Assembly: GCA_022653695.1 (NCBI GenBank)
Contig: JALCSW010000001.1
Span: 53,979 to 117,978, forward strand
Length of the DNA stretch: 64,000 nucleotides
DNA from: Bacilli bacterium
Lineage (GTDB): Bacteria; Bacillota_I; Bacilli_A; RFN20; CAG-826
Reading direction: 5' to 3'
Part shown: piece after piece, positions 28,287 through 35,876 of the stretch
How positions within the stretch are numbered: position 1 is the first letter of the stretch
Layout: every line of letters starts with the position of its first letter
Position numbers and translations under genes: made by a program
The notes under the pieces: model-generated
What the model was told of the DNA's origin: nothing
Seen by the model: only the letters and a program-made list of their open reading frames with translations
The model's database searches: none

Positions 28287-28304
28287 GCATTAAGGATCAA
28301 CCGA

Positions 28305-29177
28305 ATGAAGAAAACCTTTGCCTTGTTCGCCGTCTCGGCGATGCTCCTCGCCGGATGCGCCGGATCGTCCAGTCTTCCCCTCAAGGATGGCCTCACCGTC
28401 TATGCGAGCTTTTACCCGATTTACGATTTCGCCAAGCGCGTGGGAAAAGGGCACGTCACGGTCGTGAACCTCACCCCCGCCGGCGCCGAGCCGCACGATT
28501 ATGAGCCGACGACCGAGAAAATCGCGGGCCTAGAGGAAGCCGACGCCATCTTCGTCAACGGACTGGGCATGGAGAGTTGGACCGGCTCCCTGAGCGAAAA
28601 GGCTAAGAGCAAAACCGTCACCGTGACCTCAGGCATCCCCACCCGAAAGATCGACGGCGTCGTCGACCCCCACGTTTGGCTCGACCCCAATAACGCCATC
28701 AAAGAAATGCAAAGCATCGAGAAAACGCTCGCGGAGGCCGACCCCGCCCACGAGGCCGATTATGAGAATAACCTGGCCGACGCGACGCTGCTTTTCACGG
28801 CCCTTGACGAGAAAATAGCCGCCGTGAGCGCCTCTTTCACGCAAAAGCACATCGTCGTGTCCCACGCCGCGTTCGGGTATTTCTGCGACCGATACGGGCT
28901 TGAGCAAATCTACGTCGATGGCATTTCCCCCGATGACGAACCGACCGCCAGGGGGATCGCCGAAGTGATCGACGCGGTCAACGAATACGGCGTCGACACC
29001 GTCTATAACGAGGAACTGACATCCAACGAGATCGCCGAGAAAATAGCCGACGAAACCGGATGCGCCATGAAAACCCTCTATACTCTGGAGGGGCTTGAAG
29101 AGGACGAGCTCGGCACCGAGAATTACGTGAGCAAACTCACCCGCGACGTCAATATCCTCGCCGAGGACTGCCGATGA
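28305..29177 (+). CDS. znuA: Zinc ABC transporter substrate-binding lipoprotein (AdcA/ZnuA)
   Basis: LAGC lipobox, EPHDYEP, DPHVWLDP, HAAFGYF. Confidence 0.9.
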   Translation: MKKTFALFAVSAMLLAGCAGSSSLPLKDGLTVYASFYPIYDFAKRVGKGHVTVVNLTPAGAEPHDYEPTTEKIAGLEEADAIFVNGLGMESWTGSLSEKAKSKTVTVTSGIPTRKIDGVVDPHVWLDPNNAIKEMQSIEKTLAEADPAHEADYENNLADATLLFTALDEKIAAVSASFTQKHIVVSHAAFGYFCDRYGLEQIYVDGISPDDEPTARGIAEVIDAVNEYGVDTVYNEELTSNEIAEKIADETGCAMKTLYTLEGLEEDELGTENYVSKLTRDVNILAEDCR

Positions 29178-29827
29178 TCGAATTCGACGACGTGTCCTTC
29201 TCCTATCGCGACGAAGCCATCCTCCAAAGGGTGAGCTTTCGCCTTGAGGACGGGGAATACGCCGGCATCATCGGGCTCAACGGCACGGGCAAAACCACGC
29301 TTCTGAAACTCATTTTGGGTTTGGCTAGACCCACCGCGGGGAACATTAAGCGCGATCTTGGGACCGTTTCCTACGTCTCGCAGACCACCTCGCTCAGCGA
29401 CGCCTCCTTCCCCTGCAGCGTCTACGAGGCGGTGTCCCTCGGCCTCGTCGGGGCAAAGCCCGCCCTCTTCGACTTGCGGAAACGCAAAGAGAAAACGCTC
29501 GCCGCCCTGAAGGAAGCCCATCTCTACGATTTGCGGAACCGCTTGGTCTCCGAACTTTCGGGCGGTCAGCTCCAAAAGGTCAAAATCGCGAAAGCCCTTA
29601 TCGGCGGACCAACCACGTTGGTGCTCGACGAACCCGATGCCGGAATGGACGAGGCCAGCCACGGACGCCTGATCGAAACCATCGCCGATTTGCACGAAAA
29701 GCGCCACATCTCCATCGTCTTCGTGAGCCACCACTACGAAGACCTCAAAGACGCCGAGGCAATCTACGAAGTCAAGGATCGGGGACTTATCAGGCTCGAG
29801 AAGGAGGACAAACGTGTTCGCCTATAG
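29174..29827 (+). CDS. znuC: Zinc ABC transporter ATP-binding protein
   Basis: GLNGTGKTT, LSGGQ, LDEP. Confidence 0.88.
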   Translation: MIEFDDVSFSYRDEAILQRVSFRLEDGEYAGIIGLNGTGKTTLLKLILGLARPTAGNIKRDLGTVSYVSQTTSLSDASFPCSVYEAVSLGLVGAKPALFDLRKRKEKTLAALKEAHLYDLRNRLVSELSGGQLQKVKIAKALIGGPTTLVLDEPDAGMDEASHGRLIETIADLHEKRHISIVFVSHHYEDLKDAEAIYEVKDRGLIRLEKEDKRVRL

Positions 29828-30638
29828 TTTCATGCGACTGGCCTTCGCCGTGGGGATCCTCCTCGCCATCGCGATCCCCCTCGTCGGGAGCACCGCCGTC
29901 TTCAAACGCCTTTCGATGGCGGGCGACGCGCTCGCGCATACGTCCTTAGCCGGCGTCGCGATTGGGCTGGCCGCCGGGACGAACCCCCTTTACGTCGCCG
30001 TCATCGCCTGCGTCGTCGCCTTTCTCATCATCGAGCTCATCCGCAAGAAATTCCAGAAGTTCAGCGAACTCGGGGTCGCGGTCGTCCTTTCGGCCGGCGT
30101 CGCGATCGCCGGCGTCATGACCTCTTTCACCACCGCGGCGAACTTCGAGCAGTATCTGTTCGGATCCATCGTCCTCGTCAGCATGGACGAACTTTATATC
30201 ACGATCGCCCTTGTGGCGGTCGTCGTTCTGGCCTACCTCTTTTTCCACGAGCAGATCCTCGCCTCCATCTACAGCGAGGACGAAGCCAAGATCCAAGGCG
30301 TCAAGCCGGAGCTCATCAACCTCGCCCACTCGTTGCTCCTATCCCTCGTCATCGCCATCTCAAGCAAAATCATCGGTTCGATGGTCGTCTCCTCGCTCAT
30401 CGTGCTGCCGGTGGCGTGCGCCCTTCAGCTCAAGAGGAATTACCTTTGGACCATTCTCTCCTCGATCGGGTTCTCGCTCGTTTCGGTCACTTCCGGCCTC
30501 GTCGCTTCCTACTATCTCGATCTCAGGCCCGGCGCGACCATCGTGAGCGTCAACGTCGCCATCCTCCTTGTCCTTCTTCTCGTCAGCCAAAGCCTCTCCT
30601 ACGTTAAAAAGAGACGCTCGCTCGCCAAAAGGGAATAA
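29814..30638 (+). CDS. znuB: Zinc ABC transporter permease
   Basis: GDALAHTSLAGVA, YLFGSI, PGATIV. Confidence 0.9.
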   Translation: MFAYSFMRLAFAVGILLAIAIPLVGSTAVFKRLSMAGDALAHTSLAGVAIGLAAGTNPLYVAVIACVVAFLIIELIRKKFQKFSELGVAVVLSAGVAIAGVMTSFTTAANFEQYLFGSIVLVSMDELYITIALVAVVVLAYLFFHEQILASIYSEDEAKIQGVKPELINLAHSLLLSLVIAISSKIIGSMVVSSLIVLPVACALQLKRNYLWTILSSIGFSLVSVTSGLVASYYLDLRPGATIVSVNVAILLVLLLVSQSLSYVKKRRSLAKRE

Positions 30639-30666
30639 GAGCCAAGGGAACGTCAGGCGGGTTTTC

Positions 30667-31364
30667 CTATTTTCCAGATTCTCTCTTATCGATCATCGCG
30701 ATTATCTCCTCGGACGATCTTTGATTCGTTGCATCGGCGACGCCGTTAGGTCGCCTAAGCGCTTGAGCGCGCTTGGATTCGCCGTTCTTGGCTTGGTTAA
30801 AAAGGGATTCAAGATCATCGCGGGCCAAGGCTTCTTTTAAAAACCGCATTGAATCCTTAGGAGCCTTCGCCCAACCTCCATAAAGCCTTTCCATCGCCGA
30901 ATCGACGGCGGCGAAAGAAACGGGGTTTCCTTTTTTCTTCTCCTCGATCAGAATGCCAACGATATCGCTTTGATCGCTCCGATATGGCCTAAAAGCCATG
31001 AGCTTCGTCGCGATTAGGTATTCCCTCACGACTTTTCTTACGCTTAGAACGTAAGCAAAGGTCTTATAAGGGACCGAACAAGAAACCAGCCTCGACGAAT
31101 ATGACGGCGTTTCTTTGAAATCATCGTTAAGCCACCGATCGGACAAGCCCATTTCGTCGCCCACGCATTCGATGGTTTCCTTCATGCAGGAGTCGCAGAT
31201 GGACTGTCGGCATCCACGTCGCAAGAGGACTCTCAAAACTTATAGGTCGTGATTACGGCGGCTTCTCCGACCAAAACGATTTCGGCCCGAGCCTTTCGCC
31301 CAGCCCGTTTTCGGTACTCCAAAGCCAATCGATGAAGGGCTTTATCCACGCTCTCGGAAGTCAT
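30667..31364 (-). pseudogene. Disrupted nucleotidyltransferase (DUF6036/AbiEii-like)
   Basis: MTSESVDKAL...EIVLVGEAAVITTYKF*ESSCDVDA has an in-frame TGA near 31234 and then shifts frame into ...MGLSDRWLNDDF...YLIATKLMAFR..DQSDI. Confidence 0.7.
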
Positions 31365-31371
31365 CGCCTTC

Positions 31372-31953
31372 TCAAATGACATTTCTGATATCCCCTTCCA
31401 CGATGTTGAAACGAAGAAACTCCGGAATCGCCTCGTCTATGGCTTTCATCGTTTCTTTGCCTTTTGGCAGAATCTTGGAAACCAGGGATAACGATGCGGG
31501 CCGATATTGTCTCCGCAGTTTCATCTTCCTAAGACAGGCGAAATCCGAAGGGCTGGGTAAGCCGTTGACCCGGCAAAGGTAATCAACCATGCCCAAAAGA
31601 TAAAGCGCCTCGAAACTACGGCCCTCCTCCTTGGCCTTTTGGATGCGTTTGCTCTTTAAAACGTCTTTGATGAAAGAAAGGTCGCCTTCCTCGGACACGG
31701 CATGGCAAACGTTGCTTCGGAAAACGCTTCGGTTAGCACTTTCCATCTTTTTTTGCTCAATCGCGGATTCGATCAGTTCATCGACGCTCAGCCCCAAAGC
31801 CTGGCTCAGCCGATAAACCGTCAAAGCCGAGCAATCCAAAATATCCGCGGCTCCGCTTATTATGTCGGTCACGGTTGTTTGGGGGATCCCACTTTGCTTA
31901 GAAAGACGATATCCGCTCATATCTTTGTTTTTAAGGGCAAATTGAAGGTTCAT
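31372..31953 (-). CDS. XRE-type HTH protein with C-terminal domain, putative antitoxin
   Basis: MSGYRLSKQSGIPQTTVTDIISG HTH; C-terminal AIPEFLRFNIVEGDIRNV; directly upstream of the nucleotidyltransferase. Confidence 0.8.
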   Translation of the reverse strand: MNLQFALKNKDMSGYRLSKQSGIPQTTVTDIISGAADILDCSALTVYRLSQALGLSVDELIESAIEQKKMESANRSVFRSNVCHAVSEEGDLSFIKDVLKSKRIQKAKEEGRSFEALYLLGMVDYLCRVNGLPSPSDFACLRKMKLRRQYRPASLSLVSKILPKGKETMKAIDEAIPEFLRFNIVEGDIRNVI

Positions 31954-32061
31954 AGGCAACAACAATATGTCGGTTAACCGACATAAATGCAACCTGATTC
32001 TATGGGTTGAGTTGCGCTTTTTTTCTTGTCTTGAGGTTTCCTTTGAAAAGGAATGCCGTCT

Positions 32062-33783
32062 TCAGGACATAAGGTACTTTAGCAAGCCCCAAAAGCCTCG
32101 CTCATCGTAGATTTGGCGATAAAAAGACAGTTCGTCTTTGATGATGCCATCGATCGCCCCCATGCTCCGAAGTTCCACATCCGCGTTGTCGTCGGTGAGG
32201 CGGATGCCGCCATCGGCGTATGGTTTGGCGGCGTCGACGACGGAGCGGAGATTGTATTTCATCGCTTCGTCGACCGGAAGCGTCTCGATGACCGCCGGAG
32301 TGAGGTTCCGCGCCGATTCCGGATTCTTGAAGGCGAAGAACTCGAGATTCCCTCCCGTCTTGACGGATCGGCAGGAAGGGAAAACGGAGGCCACAGTATC
32401 CCCGATCGCCGCGTTTACGCTTCGGGGTCCTTCGTCGATCATGTTGAAATTGAGGACCATGACCCCGTTATCATTGAGGTGATCGTAAACCTCTTGGAAA
32501 AACTCGACGCTCGCCATCTGGAAGGGGATCGAAATCCCACTATAGGGATCGGCCATGATGACGTCGTAGGTTTTCTCCGCGTGCGTGATGAAATAGCGGC
32601 CGTCGTCGCAACGGACGTCTTCCACCTCGTCGGTGATTCCGAAGTACTTATGCGAAATATCGATGATTTTCCGATCGATCTCCACCCCTTCGATCGCGGT
32701 CCGGTAAGGCAGATAAAGGTCGTTCTTGCACAAACTCGCATAGGTGCCCGTGCCATTGCCAAGGACCAAAATGTCAGCGGAACCCGTTTGGTCGATGCCC
32801 GCGTAATAGGGGGCCGCCAAGGCGACGTCGTAATACATGCCTGTGAGGGCATCGTTCGGCTTTTTGACCGACTGGACGCCAAAGAGGACGTTCGTCGAGA
32901 AAGTGAGGGTCCCGTCGCTTTCGCGCTTGACTTGGAGATAGTTGTAAACCGACTCCCCTTGATACACGAGCTCCTCGTTCCAAAAGACGAAGTTGCTGCC
33001 GGCGTCAAGAACGCCGCCCGCCACGGCAAGGGCCAGCATCAGCGGAATGACGACGGCTTTGCCGATAAGGGACCCGTGGGCTCGTTTGCCAAGTTTCCTT
33101 TCCTTAAGCGGAACGCCCTCCTTATCCTTGGGTTTCCTCTTTCTCCCATTGAAAAAATCGATGAACCAAAAAACGTAATAGAGAAGCCCGACGATGACGA
33201 GGAGACCGCCGAAAAGGAGGAACGTCAAGGCGGTGCCGATCGTGGGAATGGTGACAAAAGTCGGCAGAAAAGTGCCGATGATGGAACCGATGGTGTTGAG
33301 CGCTTCCAGCAGACCGACGGTCTTGCCGGACGTGTTTTTCCTCACCGCGCAGCGCTTCACCAACGTCGGGGTGACCATGCCAAGGATAAGAAGGGGCGGC
33401 ACGAAAAGGATCAGGCAAGTCAATAGAGACGACCAAATAAGAAGCCCATTATCGACGAATAGGGCCAAAAACGCCGTGAAAAGGGCGATTACGTAGCGGC
33501 CGAAGAAAGGAACGCAGCAAATATAGGCTCCGGCGATAAGGATCAGCAAAAACAAATGGTCGACCCCCGGATGCTTATCGGCGATTTTCCCGCCCCACAA
33601 GTTCCCGATCGCCATCGCGATCATAATGGAGCCGATGATAAGGGTCCAAATGATCTGGCTGCTCGAAAAATAAGGAGCCAGCAAACGGCTAGCGCCTATC
33701 TCCACCGCCATGATCGAAGTCCCGCAAACGAATTCCGTCACGAAAAAGAAAATGTTCCGCTTCAAAAGTTTGCTTTCCAACAT
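32062..33783 (-). CDS. Fused MFS-like membrane / spermidine synthase-like (SAM-dependent) protein
   Basis: MAVEIGASRLLAPYFSSS, GSIIGTF, ESVYNYLQV, LVLGNGTG, VEID, DDGR. Confidence 0.88.
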   Translation of the reverse strand: MLESKLLKRNIFFFVTEFVCGTSIMAVEIGASRLLAPYFSSSQIIWTLIIGSIMIAMAIGNLWGGKIADKHPGVDHLFLLILIAGAYICCVPFFGRYVIALFTAFLALFVDNGLLIWSSLLTCLILFVPPLLILGMVTPTLVKRCAVRKNTSGKTVGLLEALNTIGSIIGTFLPTFVTIPTIGTALTFLLFGGLLVIVGLLYYVFWFIDFFNGRKRKPKDKEGVPLKERKLGKRAHGSLIGKAVVIPLMLALAVAGGVLDAGSNFVFWNEELVYQGESVYNYLQVKRESDGTLTFSTNVLFGVQSVKKPNDALTGMYYDVALAAPYYAGIDQTGSADILVLGNGTGTYASLCKNDLYLPYRTAIEGVEIDRKIIDISHKYFGITDEVEDVRCDDGRYFITHAEKTYDVIMADPYSGISIPFQMASVEFFQEVYDHLNDNGVMVLNFNMIDEGPRSVNAAIGDTVASVFPSCRSVKTGGNLEFFAFKNPESARNLTPAVIETLPVDEAMKYNLRSVVDAAKPYADGGIRLTDDNADVELRSMGAIDGIIKDELSFYRQIYDERGFWGLLKYLMS

Positions 33784-34067
33784 AAGACCCCCTTTTGTTT
33801 CTGTTGATTAAGATTATACAGGAAAAGGCATCCGACGATGAAAAACGGCAAAACCCGATTTGACATTCGGCGGTTCTTCTTAAGCCAAAACGAAAACTAC
33901 TTCATCCGACAAAGAGCCGAAACGCGATCCTTAGGAAACATGGCAATTGTCTTAATGACGTTAAGAAAACAGGGCTTTCGACGAACAACAATCGCTTTAT
34001 TTCAATAATTAGTTCGCGCGCGCGAAATTAGCCTATGCCAAAGGAGAAAGACGATAAGCGGATTTGG

Positions 34068-34081
34068 TGAAAGCGCTTTCG
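34068..34081. promoter_or_regulatory. cre-like (CcpA-type) site
   Basis: TGAAAGCGCTTTCG just upstream of the -35. Confidence 0.65.
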
Positions 34082-34089
34082 GTTTTTTG

Positions 34090-34118
34090 TTGACGGACGG
34101 GGGAAGCGTTCCTATAAT
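34090..34118 (+). promoter_or_regulatory. Sigma-A promoter, first unit of the glucan locus
   Basis: TTGACG-N17-TATAAT. Confidence 0.85.
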
Positions 34119-34125
34119 AGTGATG

Positions 34126-34145
34126 TTAGGAAATCGGTTTCCTAA
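34126..34145. promoter_or_regulatory. LacI-family operator, copy 1
   Basis: TTAGGAAATCGGTTTCCTAA near-perfect palindrome with central CG, at the predicted +1. Confidence 0.8.
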
Positions 34146-34247
34146 AATGATGAGCCGGTAAGGCAATCAATCAGGAAATCAAGTTAAAGTCGGTATTTGA
34201 GGTTCATGCCCTTGAATATAAAACCCACAATTTGGGAGGGAAAAAGT

Positions 34248-35786
34248 ATGAGAAAAACAAAAATCCTGTTTGTCTTGGCGGCAAGCGGACTTATGTTGTC
34301 GGCATGCGGAGGCACTAGCTCGTCAGCGAGTAGTCTCACCCCGTCGTCAACGTCCGCCTCGGCCTCTTCGAACGGCGGATCCACTTCAGAAAGCTCCTCT
34401 AGCCACAGCGCTAGTTCGTCGAGTCAGGCCGGTTCTTCTAGTTCCTCGAGTTCTTCCAGCTCCTCGAGTTCGTCAAGCTCTTCTTCGACTCCTTTCGTCG
34501 GAACGGACGTTTTCCTCACCGCGAGCAACGTTTTGGTTTACGGCGGCGAAGCGGCGGCCAAAACCGGTTACCTCACCTATTGGGCCGGCGATGGCGGAGC
34601 CCTTACGAGTTCAAGTTATGATGGCACCACCATCACGATGAACTTCACGATGGGGTGGGCTTGGTACGGCGTGCAACTGTTCTATGTCGCCCCTTATGCC
34701 ACTCCCAACAACGACTATGCCATCTCGGCCACTCTTAACTCGAGCGTTTCCGGCAGCGTTACGATCGACGGGAAAGCCGTTTCCCTGACGGCGAACGCGA
34801 ACTATGACTTCAGCACCGACTTCACCCAAGGCAACGGGGCGACCTTCGGCATGCAAATGGGCGTTGACGGCACTCCGCTAGGAAACGCCACCGTCAAAAT
34901 CTCGAATCTCAAAATCGTCGATAACACCAAAACCAACGTCTATCATGAAGTCACCTTCAAGAACGGCGACTCCCTCGTCGGCACGGTGCTCGCCAAGGAA
35001 GGCGAGGCCCTTTGGACTTATCCGGCCGATCCGACGCCCGCGGAAGGTTACGTCTTCGATGGCTGGTTCTATGGCGACAGCGAATTCAAGCCGGGATCAG
35101 ACGTCGTCAACGGCGATTTCACCGTAACCGCCAAATTCATCCAATGCGCCACCTATTCCGTCAAGCTATATAACGGCAGCGAACTTCTTGACACCTTGAC
35201 CGTCGCGGAAGGGAAGACCGTTTCGATCCCTGACGACCTTGACTATGGCTTCGCCCATAAGGCCAACGGCTGGTACAAGGACAGCGAATTCACGAACGCC
35301 TGGGACTTCGACGCCGACACCATCACCGCCGAAACCAGCCTTTACGTCCGCACCGCCGTCTATCCGGACGAGACTTACGAAAACAGCGAAGACCTTGGCT
35401 GGAAGATCGCCGACCAATACATGGCGATGCAAGACGACGGCTCCTTCCTCTACAGCGGGGAGGCCCCCTTTGGGGGAAGCGAAAGCTGGCATCGCCAAAT
35501 CAACTTCGACAACGTGCCGGTCGGCGTCGCGGGCACCAACTACGCGCTGACGTTCGAATACAAGATGAACTATGCCGCGGATACGAAGATTTGGGACAAT
35601 GTCGCCAACGCCGACAACGGCACCACGACTTCCCTGGCCGTCGCCGCCTCTTGGACGAAGATCACCATCAATTTCGCCGGCGGCGCCTTCAACGCCAACA
35701 ACAAACTCTCGTTTGAGCTCGGCGCCCAAAGCGGAGACGACACCGTCGCCTTCGCCCTCCGCGACGTCGCCGTCGCGGCGGCCTGA
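34248..35786 (+). CDS. Non-catalytic lipoprotein: poly-Ser linker, CBM-like domain, two InlB B-repeats, CBM4/9-like domain
   Basis: LSAC lipobox, Ser tract, WYGVQL, PADPTPAEGYVFDGW, GWYKD...WDF, YALTFEYK; no catalytic motif recognised. Confidence 0.75.
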   Translation: MRKTKILFVLAASGLMLSACGGTSSSASSLTPSSTSASASSNGGSTSESSSSHSASSSSQAGSSSSSSSSSSSSSSSSSSTPFVGTDVFLTASNVLVYGGEAAAKTGYLTYWAGDGGALTSSSYDGTTITMNFTMGWAWYGVQLFYVAPYATPNNDYAISATLNSSVSGSVTIDGKAVSLTANANYDFSTDFTQGNGATFGMQMGVDGTPLGNATVKISNLKIVDNTKTNVYHEVTFKNGDSLVGTVLAKEGEALWTYPADPTPAEGYVFDGWFYGDSEFKPGSDVVNGDFTVTAKFIQCATYSVKLYNGSELLDTLTVAEGKTVSIPDDLDYGFAHKANGWYKDSEFTNAWDFDADTITAETSLYVRTAVYPDETYENSEDLGWKIADQYMAMQDDGSFLYSGEAPFGGSESWHRQINFDNVPVGVAGTNYALTFEYKMNYAADTKIWDNVANADNGTTTSLAVAASWTKITINFAGGAFNANNKLSFELGAQSGDDTVAFALRDVAVAAA

Positions 35787-35876
35787 TCACCCTGAGGATC
35801 ATACGCCATCATAAGGGGCGAAGCATCGCGATTGCTTTGCCCCTATTCAATGCCATCGCCAAATAAGGAAAAACCC

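Noticed and set aside
31230..31240. In-frame TGA as a sign of UGA-Trp recoding or selenocysteine
   Set aside because: Many intact genes end in TGA (ATGA overlaps), Trp is encoded by TGG throughout, and a frameshift lies next to it, so simple decay explains it
32113..33426. Long antisense ORFs (e.g. 32113-33426, 23421-24776, 62567-63850, 7843-8937)
   Set aside because: Shadow frames opposite well-supported genes, expected from high GC3 codon bias; no motifs or RBS
33931..33955. TTAGGAAAC as a fifth LacI operator
   Set aside because: Only a half-site; the central CG and the right arm are missing
34013..34026. Perfect palindrome TTCGCGCGCGCGAA (similar ACGCGCGCGT at 18538-18547)
   Set aside because: Short CG runs are expected in a CG-rich genome and there is no supporting context
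34420..34490. Repetitive TCx/AGx tracts as tandem repeats or a CRISPR array
   Set aside because: They are poly-Ser codons with mixed synonymous usage; no repeat-spacer periodicity or cas genes were seen anywhere in the window
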